This document shows, piece by piece, positions 10,793-22,013 of a stretch of 64,000 nucleotides of DNA (position 1 is its first letter; each line of letters opens with the position of its first letter). A model generated the notes under the pieces. It had not been told where the DNA came from. It saw only the letters and a list, made by a program, of their open reading frames with translations, and searched no databases. The position numbers and the translations under genes were made by a program. Origin of the DNA: Vermamoeba vermiformis (taxonomy: Eukaryota); NCBI GenBank assembly GCA_045837725.1, contig JBEWZL010000121.1:124001-188000 (forward strand), given 5' to 3'.

Positions 10793-12457
10793 ATGACAGA
10801 TAACCGACCTGCCGTTAAAGAAATAAGGTTTTCGGACGGAACTCCAGTCCCACTAGATGCAGACGAATTGGTGGTGTTTGTTGGCGGCAACAATGTGGGC
10901 AAATCAACGGTCCTGAAAGATATTTTCAGCTTGATAGGAGGAAGCGAACAGAGCCATAACCCAATAGTGGTCAAAGCTGCCAGCATGCACGAAAGAGAGC
11001 CAAACTTGATAATAAAAAAGTATGCTTCTACTGAAAAAAGAACGGTTGGTGATCGCGTGCTCCACTTCATAAATGGAACAGCTCTTCAAGTGCTTGACAA
11101 CTACTCTATGGCCAACGTGAGGGGCATCATGCGCGTGCTGGTGGACTACCTTGACAGCCCTAAACTCAGTGGAATCTGTTCTCCCAGCATCGAAGCCATT
11201 GGAGCCGATCGCACCAACGAGGCCCAAAACCCTTTTCAACTTCTCTTGCATAATACTTCCCTTCGAAACCAGTTCTACGAGCAGTGCGAGGCAATTTTTG
11301 GTGCAGGTCCCTTGATTGACGCCCTGCATGGTAACCCTCTCACAACCTATTGGGGAAAAAGACCTTCAGATACTACAGACCCAAGCGACCCCCACTCTGC
11401 AAGGATTCGACAATTTCCCAAATTACACGAGCAAGGGGATGGTACAAAGAGAGTCGTAGCAATCTTGGCATCGCTTTTGGTGCGCAAAAAAGCCATGTAC
11501 TTTGTCGACGAGCCTGAGATTCATCTTCACCCCCCACAGTGTGTTAAGTTGGCAAAGGAGATTGCAAGCAGTGCCAGGGACTGCCAGATGTTCATCGCCA
11601 CGCATTCAATTGACTTCTTGCACGGACTATTGGATTGCAAGGATATCAAGTTGAAAATCATTCGCATAACAAGAGAAGGAAACATCAACAAACCATTTAT
11701 CTTGTCTCCAGATGAGCTCAAAGAATTGTGGACTGACACCTATCTGCGCTATTCGAAAATACTCGATGGCATCTTTTACGACAAGCTTGTGCTTTGCGAA
11801 GCCGATGCTGACTGCCGATTTTACCAATTTGTGTATGACAACAGGATTGCTACCGATCAATCAGCCCTCTTTTGCCCAGTTGGTAGTAAAGATAAATTCA
11901 AACAACTGGTGGCCCCACTTCGATCAATTGGGTTAGCTCCAAAGATTATCGTTGACTTAGATGGACTGAATGGCAGTACTTTAGGAGATATTCTTAAAGG
12001 ATTAGACTTGACTACTGAACGGAAATCAATCCAAAATGATTTACAGCACGTCAAAGAAGCAATTGAAGCAAACAAAAAATCAGTCATCATCAACGACGTG
12101 AAACAGACTCTATTGTCTTATTTTGGTAGTATTTCAGAGGAAATTGCAACAAAGGACAATTTAAAGAAACTAAAAGAGCTGATTCCGTCACCATCAGCAT
12201 GGACAGAGGTTAAACACAAAGGTGTCGCATGCTTTAGCGATATTGAACAAAAGACCAATAAGCCACTTATCGCACCATTTGAACGAGTTAACAACATATT
12301 GCTGAAGTGTGGTATATTACTCGTTACAGTAGGCGAGTTAGAACGTTGGTTGAAGTGCGGAAAAGGGCCAAAAGCTGTTTTGAAAAAGATGGGAGAGCAT
12401 CCCGACGTAAACGACAAAATTTATGACGAGGTTACCGAATTTTTAAAGAAACTCTAA
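10793..12457 (+). CDS. Intronless OLD-family (GajA/P2 Old-like) ABC-ATPase + TOPRIM nuclease
   Basis: Walker A VFVGGNNVGKS, signature-like QGDG, Walker B/D-loop YFVDEPEIHLHP, H-loop FIATHS. TOPRIM LVLCEADAD...GSKDK...IIVDLD, distal GELE. Single uninterrupted ORF, first ATG 10793, AATAAA at 12481. Confidence 0.88.
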   Translation: MTDNRPAVKEIRFSDGTPVPLDADELVVFVGGNNVGKSTVLKDIFSLIGGSEQSHNPIVVKAASMHEREPNLIIKKYASTEKRTVGDRVLHFINGTALQVLDNYSMANVRGIMRVLVDYLDSPKLSGICSPSIEAIGADRTNEAQNPFQLLLHNTSLRNQFYEQCEAIFGAGPLIDALHGNPLTTYWGKRPSDTTDPSDPHSARIRQFPKLHEQGDGTKRVVAILASLLVRKKAMYFVDEPEIHLHPPQCVKLAKEIASSARDCQMFIATHSIDFLHGLLDCKDIKLKIIRITREGNINKPFILSPDELKELWTDTYLRYSKILDGIFYDKLVLCEADADCRFYQFVYDNRIATDQSALFCPVGSKDKFKQLVAPLRSIGLAPKIIVDLDGLNGSTLGDILKGLDLTTERKSIQNDLQHVKEAIEANKKSVIINDVKQTLLSYFGSISEEIATKDNLKKLKELIPSPSAWTEVKHKGVACFSDIEQKTNKPLIAPFERVNNILLKCGILLVTVGELERWLKCGKGPKAVLKKMGEHPDVNDKIYDEVTEFLKKL

Positions 12458-12575
12458 ACGTCATTATGTACACTTGCTTTAATAAACATAACTTTATGGA
12501 TCAGTAGTAACGATTACGGGTGAAACGCGCACGTTTTGAACGCCAGTGCCGAGACCAGTATTTATTCATCCTAAT

Positions 12576-15500
12576 CTACTTCAAAGTTACGATAAATGTC
12601 TTGATATCCATAGGATTCAAGGTTACAACGAAGGCGCTGGCAGATCCAAACAACTCAGCAGCGGATCTTTGTCTCTCGGATTCGACATTCCAACGAGGCA
12701 ATTGCACTTCATTTACAGGCAAAGCACCAGTCAATGACATCTCCTCAACCTTGCTGAAGGACAAATTGACGAATAGTTGCGAGATATCGATGGACACTGG
12801 CTTAGACAGGCGCGAGTCCTCATCCACACCTTGAAGAAAAAATTAAGTTTAAATGAATCTTTTACGACAATGTTATAAGACTTACTGTAAATATGATGCA
12901 ATCTGAACAAAATTTTCTTCTCTTCGATGAATTCAGCGTTGAGAATTTTGACGTTCTTCGGAAGTGCCTCCGGTTTGAGCGGAGCAAAGCTAGTTTTGTA
13001 TTGATTGGTCCACAAATTAATATCATCAGTAGTGCTGAAGAATAACAACACGGGGTTTTGCAATTGCTCGGTCAAGTTTCTGTAACGGCTTGCGGCAAGT
13101 TGGACGGGGCTGTAAATCAACTTTTGGTGCGTGAGAATAGGCACAGTCTCGTTAAGAGGCTCGCCAACACCACGACCATCATCGACTAAGCAACGACGAT
13201 GCATCATAACTTCAAACTGACCGTCGACAATGCTCGATCCACCTTGACTGCGATCCGTCAACAAACTGTTCCAGAAGATATTAGTATCATTATCATTATG
13301 CTATAAAGTATATCTATGACTTACGTCAATTGAGTGGCTTTGTCTTTGATCGAAATGATAGAGTTGACAGGAGCGTAGTTGCCGCTGACAGGCTCAGTGT
13401 TGACAAAAGGCCACGTGGCACGATAATTTCTCTGACGAGTGATGAGCTCGAGGCCATTAGAGTCTGTGTAGAAGTAGCCGTGTGTGTTCATGTCTGATGT
13501 ATATTGAGTGATCACTTCCTTGCCAGTGTTGTCGCTGATATCTGTCATACCACTGTGTTAGCACGTGAATTACCATATTAGGCAATAGTTCATACCAATA
13601 GGACCGACATGATTGAACACGTCTAGATGGTCACGATCGTTGTAGAGTCTGAAGACTTGCCAGTTCCACGCGTACTTGAGCTGGACCTCGTTGAACAAGG
13701 GACCATTCAACACTTGCGCGCTGACTGGCTTGAGAACTGTCAAGTTGCCAGTGGGTCTGAAGATGTAAGCGCCAGAGGCTTGGCTCGAGTCCATATCACC
13801 AACGTTGCTAGTGTAGTACGCGAGACGTTGAGTGATGTCAACCTAAAAGCAACCAATCAGCAACAAGCATTTAAGACTAAAATACGACGTACATCTTGGT
13901 CAGTGTTCTTGTTCACGATCTGCTTGAGGTTCAATTGACTGTCGAACACAACCTTGATATTGTCGTTCTCCAAAACAGTGTCTAAAATACAGATGTTAGA
14001 GGTCACATGCATTCCAAGCAATCGATTCACCTCCAAATGGCTTGGTAACTTTAGATTCCGTCTCAGGCTTGCTGTTCGAGGCAGGAGCAATGAAGTACGT
14101 GCTGAAGCCCAGTGCTGGGATTTGAGCCTCGAAGGCAACAGTATTTACGTTGTGAATGTTTCTGTATTGTTGGAAGGGCAAGGGATTGCCTGCCTGGTCA
14201 AAGACTATTTACAGTGGTTAGAACGCGTCATAAAGTATCTGTTTGGCAGTACCTTGAACTTGACCAGCGACAGGAATGTCCAGCCATTCAGCACGAGGCC
14301 ACGAAGTAGGGTTGTAGACTACAACTGGCACGATCTTGCCCTTGATCAAGTTATCAGTGACGGCTGGGCAGAAGGTCTCGTTGAGCAACGGACACGCCTT
14401 GAATGAAGGAACATCACCCTTGGGGTCGCTGGAGATCTACAACAAATTCTTAGTTTGCATCAATTACCCGGTTAACGCGAGCTCGTTGATTCGTACCAGC
14501 TTGCCAATAAGAGTTCCCATGACATCAAAACTGTTGAACATGCCAATGGAGAGCCGCTTAGTATAGTCGTAATCAACGTGTTGCTTGGCAGTACCGCTTC
14601 AAAGATGTCAAAATCAGTCGCGTGTCAAAAGTTCGAATTTTCAGACGATAGCTTACGTGACACTGTCGTGATGTTGTGCGATGCCCATAGCCTCTTGCAA
14701 AGTGAAAATCTTCTCGGCGAGTGATTTACGATCGATCACACTGTCGGGCAACGATGACGTGGCAAACAGACCTTGAACAGAGTGCAACAAACTGCTCATT
14801 TGACGCACGTATCCTTTGTAAGCAGATCTGCTCGTGAAATAACCAGTCCAGAAAGCGTGAGGGTTATCAGCGTATGGGAAGAAGTCGTCGTACTTGATAG
14901 GGAACGAGGCATTAGAAGACTTGTGGATGGCGTCAACATATTGAGAGGGCGTGCTGTAGAACATCTTGACGTTGTATTCGCTCGCGTGGTCATTAACATA
15001 GTTCATGAGCTTGTCCAAGTTCTGGAAATTTCATAGAAAAATGATTATTTAGGATTAGAGCATCCAGGTTAATAAACAAATGAGAAAATCTCGTGTAGTA
15101 GTCGTATAGTTAAAGTTATTAATTTCAAATATGATTGTTTCGTGCAAAGCTTTTACCTTGAAATTCAAACGAGCGTTGCTGAACTGGAAGTCGCAGCCCC
15201 AAGGAATAAACAATTCGTTCGTTTTGAATGACTTAGCGCGGTCGAGCATTAATTCTACGAATTTGTCGGCGCGCTGCTTGACGTTCATATCAAACAAACG
15301 AGGGTCATCTTGAATTGGCGGATCACCCTACAAAAATTGGAAGATTAGTTTGAAGCTCAGAAAGGGTACTATACATTTAGTAGATCGCTTGCGATGTGTT
15401 TTAAGATCAAAATGCATTTGTAGACAAAAATAGCAATGTCTAAACAAGCCATAAATAGAGCTATTTTTCGGGATCCCTGCGTCGGCGTAATCTCCGCCGA

Positions 15501-16748
15501 AAAGATCCAAATCTAGATAAAATTGAGCTTACCCATTCAAAGGCAAAACCGCCAAACCCGTAGCAATAGGTCGTAGCGTACATTGAGTGCGTAAAGATCT
15601 GCGCCTTGTTGCCCATACTTCGGCTAGGCTGCCAAATCATTTCCAAACCACGTACAGACGGGTCAGAACGTACATTATAGTCTTCGTAGTCAATTCTAGC
15701 GAAGAAAAATGCTCGGAAGATTTGTGCGAAGAGCGCTGCTTGGGTTGAGGAATGCCCAAACGGATCTGCATCAACAAGTAAATACAATACTCTCAAATAT
15801 CATAATGATATACAGTACTCCTATATCATATGGAAGTGGCTGAAACTTACCAATGTGCCAGCCAATTACAGGGATCGCGTGCTTGCCAAACTCGCTCAAC
15901 AAAAATCGATGACCAAGGGTTAATTGATCAACAATATCCGTATAATAAGTAGCTGCCTCATCATTCATGGACCAGCCACCATTAATGAACTCCAAGCGGC
16001 CTTCTTTAACGAGTTTTCTAACGAGATCTTTTGTATCGTCCGTCTGCTCGTTCCACCAACGCCAGAAAAATGCCATTTCGACGTATATAAACTTCTTATT
16101 AGGATCCTTAGAGAGTTCAGTGATGACCTAAAACAAATAAGAGAATCAGAAAAACAGTGTAACGGTTTGAATCCGGATTTGTTACATTATCAATAATCAT
16201 CTGCACGTTAGCATCTTGAATGCTCGCATTAGAGCCAATATAATATTCATCGACAGTTTTCAACCAGCCAACATCCTAATGAAAGAAAATTGAATCAATA
16301 AAAATCAGGCACTTGCTTCGCATCATTTAATTAATTACAAAATCATGCAAAAAATAGTTCGTAAGCAATAATTAAATGAAATTAATATTAATAGTAATTA
16401 GTGTGGATCAACAGGTGAACACAGACGAAGTGTCAACCGGAAAAAATCTCTTAATTAATTAAATATTTATGCAGGCGAATATAACGCATAGCATTACATA
16501 AATTAAGTATTAATTTATATTATGGGCTTACTGATTTAATTTTATAAATAAAATTAAAGGTCCAAACGTAAAAAAATTACTGAGTGCTTTCTGGCCAAGT
16601 AAAAAATACTTACATCGTGAGTATGAGCCACAATATGAATATTAAGTGGCTGAGTAAGTTGTTTTTTCGGTTTTGACTTTGCAAAACAAAGATCGCATCC
16701 GGCCAAGAGCACCACAACGAACAGTAGTACTGATATAGCCCGTGACAT
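12576..16748 (-). CDS. Lysosomal-type alpha-mannosidase (GH38), multi-exon
   Basis: Signal peptide, [111 protein letters not shown]. Confidence 0.95.
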
Positions 16749-18658
16749 AATGTCGTATTAATAATCAAATAAGAACAGCAATAAATCTTATGTGGCTATC
16801 AATACTCGGATCAAACTCAAAAGACGACGAAAGATTTTTTTGTTTAAAATGAGGTACATAAACGCTTCCATGCCGAGCGTTCCCAGACTTGTACGAATAG
16901 GCCCAGTACTTCGTTAAATCCTCCTACACTAACGTAATGGAGTTAAAAACAAGAGAGGAATTGCAGCGAACGTACCGCAGGCGAAATCTCCGCGATCATC
17001 GAAAAGAAAATTTCAGTCTATAATAACCGTAGCAATAGTCCTTCTAATTATACGTTGTACTCAACTCCGTGTACAATGTTTGAAATTCAGTATATGTTTG
17101 TACTCGTCGAGGAATTCGGTTTCAAATTCAAAGTCCTAAATTTACGCACCTTAGCTGACTTGTGTTTCTGCCGCAGATTCATGATCACTCGTAAATATGC
17201 GTATTATAATCTATTTTGCAGTCAATTAGGCCTATTGAGGTATTTACCGATGTAGATGACTGATTCCTTAATTTGGTAATAAATTAGTATTATTTGACTG
17301 CATCGACCAATGCGCAAACAAGAAACCTAATCATTAATCAAGCAAGACCTTTTAAAGTTGTCGATGAGCTGTTCTTCGCCTTGTCTCCCCAAGCCAACGC
17401 CAATAAGTTTTTCCGTGCTATGGGCCGAAGTTAATTCCTACCATGATTTTTCCGTAGCTCTACCTCACATCGCTGATTATGAATGACATGATTAGTCGTT
17501 TGATGGCTTACTAAACCCGAGTAGAGACTTGGAAGTCGTTGATAAATTAACGAAATGTCAATGACATACTCGTATGTCTGAATGAGTATTTATCGAAACC
17601 AAAGCCGCTTCGCATTTTGGTCAAAATGAGCGATTGTGATCGCTTGCAATTCATATGCAAGTGGACAGTTGTGCTTGACATGTGCACGCAGATCTGAGGC
17701 ACAATAACTGGTTAGTTGTGCCCTCTTACGATAACACCGACTCAGAATAGTACTGCCTATTACTAATATTTTCGACCGATCATTCGGTTGGCTGTCATCC
17801 ATGTCAAGAAAAAAACATCGATGGAACGAATGCAGGACCAAAGTCTTCCTATAAACAGTAAAATTTAAATAGCCTATTGAAAACTACGCGAATTTGTGCG
17901 TCGTCTTAGGAAGCAGATGAATAATCTGGCGAGGTTAGGCGGAGATTGCCCATTACTTTGGTAAACTGCACTAATTCTTCCGAGTCGTTACGAATATTTT
18001 TGGCAAGGCTCACAAAGCACTGCTTGCCATAAAGACTCATAAGGAAATTAGATGCACAAAGGGATTGTGAGCAAGCAATCGGTAAATTGGCATAAGCTGG
18101 TTATTCCTGCGATAATTTCGATCTTTGGGCTTGTCAACCCTTGCTATTCTGCCGAAGCGTCTATTTAACATCTGCTTACGGCTCGATAAGAGATCGGCGA
18201 AGTAGTTAACCGTGATCGTCTCCTGTGTTTGGCAGGCGATGTACGATGTCAATCGGTAAGCTATGATCCATCGATCAGAGTTAATACCCAATTGACGCAG
18301 CTCATGATTTAAAGCATTAAAGATCTTCCCATTCTACTCGCTATGAGTTTGTTTGAGATTTCTACGAAAGCAGCGGATTGCATCCCAGCGCGTGCCCGAA
18401 GCGGATTATCGTCGCTTAATTTAGCTTTAAACGGTAATTCTCGATGATAGAACTAAAGTTGTCAATTTTCCAGCTCACATATAATATTCCACCGGAGACA
18501 CGTGTAATGCCAAAAATACCATTTTTGAAAGGATATAAATAATTAAGCTTTCATCACTTTAATTCCAGCTTCAAGTGAAAGCCAACACAAGGCAACATTA
18601 AACGACTTCGGCTTCGTATCGTAAAGACTCATATATATTATTCTCTGAACTTACCGAA

Positions 18659-19978
18659 ATGGAACACGGATACGGATCTGCTTTTTTCATGGACGAAAGT
18701 ATCTACGCACCTTGCTCTCCTCCTAGACACCACCTGATGAAGACCAAGAGCACTCCACGTGTCATTGACGACAATCGCTTCCGGATGCAACAAGAACAAG
18801 CCAAGGCTATGTTGGGAGTAGTCCCGCTCATGTCATTCTACCCAAATAGAACCAATCCTCGCGAAGACCTCATCAAACGCGTGCGTGCTATCATCACTAA
18901 GGGCGTCATGTCACAGAAGCGTATTGCTGAAGAAATCGGGCTAAGGTTAGTTATCTTCTACTAATATAGAAAACAATTTTCAATTGGTCAAATTTCAGTC
19001 CAGCTTCTGTTCAAACGTCACACTAGACTTACCTTTCATCTTTTTTTGCTATTCAATCTTTCACGGTTAAATTCTTCTTCTCCAATTGTTTGCGGATGCC
19101 GATCGCTAGTTTCAAATTTATCGGCGGGGAAAAATCTGTTTGAAGTAATTAATGTGGACGGTTTAACTACAAACATATCTATATAATCGCTTACCGTTTG
19201 CTTCGATTGCACTCCTAGTCGCGAGAGGTTGGGACTCCAGTCCTGCGGCTAAATATAACTTAAAGTTTATCTAAATATGGCTCATAACATTTGTTTTGTG
19301 CAATTTCTCGTAAAATCGTTAAAGCAAGATATGGTTTCTCTAAATATGCCTTAAAAGTTAATCTTATTTCTTGACATGAGACAAATTGGTTAGCAAATTT
19401 CATCGAGCTTTTGCATTCTGCAGTTCTCGCCTCACATTCATCGCCCCGCACATTTCTTTATACTTACCTATATTAAGTTAATCATACTGACTTAATGCTT
19501 TGACAGCCAAACCAAAATGAGTCAGTTCATGAACGGAGCTAAGCGCCTGAAAGGCTGGAAGCCTGTAGAAAAGATTATCGAGGAGTGGCTCATCATCGCC
19601 GAGCACGAGCAAGCCATGGTCGATCAGTTTGAGAGCGAGGAACAATTCAGTTCTTACAGCTCGAGCGAATCCATCTCATCTTCTCCTCGAATGGTGAAAC
19701 GCGAGCCCGCTGTGCGCAACGTGTACAATCAGAACCAATCTGAGCCGGTTCAAGTCACGATGCACAGTAACGTTGTTATTCCTGAGTGCCGACAAGATCT
19801 GATCCACGAAGCACATCCCATCCCTGCCTTTGCAACTCCGACTTATACTATGCCTTACCAAGAATACTACGTCTACAATAGCTTCGCTACGGAAGATCTC
19901 AATAGCTCGTCTGAGGCCACTTGGAACTATGATGCCGGATTTGAAAACTACTACTCCTCTCCAGAAAATTTCTATTAA
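18659..19978 (+). CDS. Putative transcription factor with a Cro/Xre (lambda-repressor-like) helix-turn-helix and an acidic/aromatic low-complexity C-terminus
   Basis: Intron 18946-19506 joins to MSQKRIAEEIGLSQTKMSQFMNGAKRLKGW..IEEWL. Ser/Glu/Tyr-rich tail. TATA-like TATAAAT at ~18534. Confidence 0.7.
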
Positions 19979-20348
19979 AGGGTAAATTAGTAATAATATT
20001 CACTTGTAATATAAATGTAAATAGATTGTAAAATAAATTTATACCCAAATAATTAAAGAAAAATCGATCTCTCATACGTTCTTTGTGGCTTTGCAGCAAC
20101 ACATTAAAGCAGTTATAATTATTCTTGCCTGATTATCTTAGCGGTCATGTAAGCTTTTAGATTTGAATCTGAGTTTAATTGAATTGTAAATGCACACGGT
20201 GAGGCAAAGGGTTGCTGATCGACGCCTTCTTCAACGAAGGAGCTAAAAGAAGAATAACTGTTGTCATCAGTTGATCTCACACATTAAAATTGATAGGTCT
20301 TGGTTCAAGCAGAAGGCTTTTTGGTTCAAGCAAAAGCAAAAAAGAAAT

Positions 20349-20421
20349 TGCGCCCGACGGGACTTGAACCCGCAGCCTCCTGGTTCGTAGCCAGACACTC
20401 TACCACTTGAGCCACGAGCGC
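20349..20421 (-). tRNA. tRNA-Arg(ACG)
   Basis: Reverse complement GCGCTCG TGGCTCAAGTGGTAGAGT GTCTGG CT-ACG-AA CCAGG AGGCT GCGGGTTCAAGTCCCGT CGGGCGC A, with a T-run downstream. Confidence 0.95.
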
Positions 20422-20480
20422 TTGTTGATTTCCACGAGGCGAAATTTTATCAAACTGTGGGTACCAACCATTGCAGCACT

Positions 20481-21761
20481 TTATTTCTGCTTGTTCTCGA
20501 CAATACCAAGGGCGATCAGGCTTTCGATGGTATCCTTGAGTGTTTGTTCATAAGGAATGAAGTTTTCGTGTCCAAGAGACTTGAGAACTGACGTGTCGAC
20601 CGAGTAATTGCCTCCTCCTTGAGGAAAATCGGCGGGATCAACAACAGGGTACTGAGGGTATTGAGCTTTAAGGTACTCTGCCATACTCTTCCACGGCTGA
20701 ATTGATCCACAAGCGAAGATCCTGTCACAAATATTAGAGCCAGATTTTAACGTGCATGATCTCAAGTGCCTTCTTACCGTTTACCAACTGCATCAGGGTG
20801 CTCGGCAGCAATGACAAAGGCAGCAGCGACATCACGCACATCGACAACAGCTGCTTTGCCAGGGAAAAGGCCCATACTCTTGTCACCAAGCAAATAACTC
20901 TTCAAGCGTGCAATGCTTTGGTTCAAAAAAGTGGATTTGATAGGCCCTAACACAAAGAACGGATTGACCACTGCAAGTTCAATTTTGTCTTTCTTTTCTT
21001 CCCACAACTTCCACGCTGCTTGTTCTGACAGCTTCTTTGACAAGAAATAAGGGTTGTTGGTCAACGTCGAAGTTTCGTTCCAGCTCTTTTGAAATATATT
21101 AGATACCATAATTATAATGCCATGCCAATATAACGAGCTGTACCTTTTCGGTAACGACAGTACCGTCAGAAACAGGCAGGCCAGCAGCAGCACCACCAGA
21201 AGAGCAAATAATTACTCTCTTCAAGCCATTTTCAATCGAAGCGTTAATTGCATCAACAGTGCCTTTGATAGCGGGATCAACTATGTCACGTTGCGGATCG
21301 GGGGCCGTGTAAATGTAAGGCGTGGCAGTGTGAATCAATATATGAGCACCTGAAGTCGCAAATTAATAAATTTGTTAGAAGATTAATAATAAGTAGCTGT
21401 ACCTTTTAAGGCATCGCCATAAGCTCCGTCTTCAATTTTGGCGCTTTTGAAAGTGAGTTGACCGCCCTTTTGAGGCAGTTTCTTCAAATGAGCAACTTTG
21501 TCTTCGTTGGAAAGGTCACGAACAATTGCTCGAACTTGATATCCCTTTTTCAAGAGGAGTTCGATGATGTGGCTAGCGATGTAACCAGATCCACCTTTTG
21601 AATAAAATTTGTCAATGCAATTTCGCTTTATTATATTTTTAACGCTTACCTGTTACAGCGACGATAGTCTCGGAATGATTTGAAGCTAAAATTGCAAATA
21701 AATAAATTAATAAAAATATTTTTAAAATTTCGCTGGATTAGCTCTTTAGCTCACCTGACAT
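20481..21761 (-). CDS. NAD(P)-dependent epimerase/dihydroflavonol-reductase-like extended SDR
   Basis: VAVT|GGSGYIASHII, IHTATP, DPAIKGT, YFLSKKLSE, VVNPFFVLGP, VDVRDVAAA. Confidence 0.9.
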
Positions 21762-22013
21762 GTCGTGTCAAATATTAATAATGTAGTAGTGTTGGATTTG
21801 TGTTGTTCACTTAGTGAGTTGATTGTAAAATGCCCGTTTTGTCAGTTTTTATGGTCCTTCGGACCTCGGCGAAATGCACTGAGAAACGGAAAAATAGGCA
21901 GCAATACACAAATTAACGACCGCAGCCTCGGCAAAGAAAGAATTTCGATAATCTGATATTGCGACTTACCGCGAAGCTTATGTACAACAAGCTGTTTATT
22001 GCTGATCGCAGAT

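Noticed and set aside
10465-12575. Transposon or prophage context, or a Gabija operon, around the OLD gene
   Set aside because: No terminal repeats, target-site duplication, transposase, integrase or helicase partner is visible.
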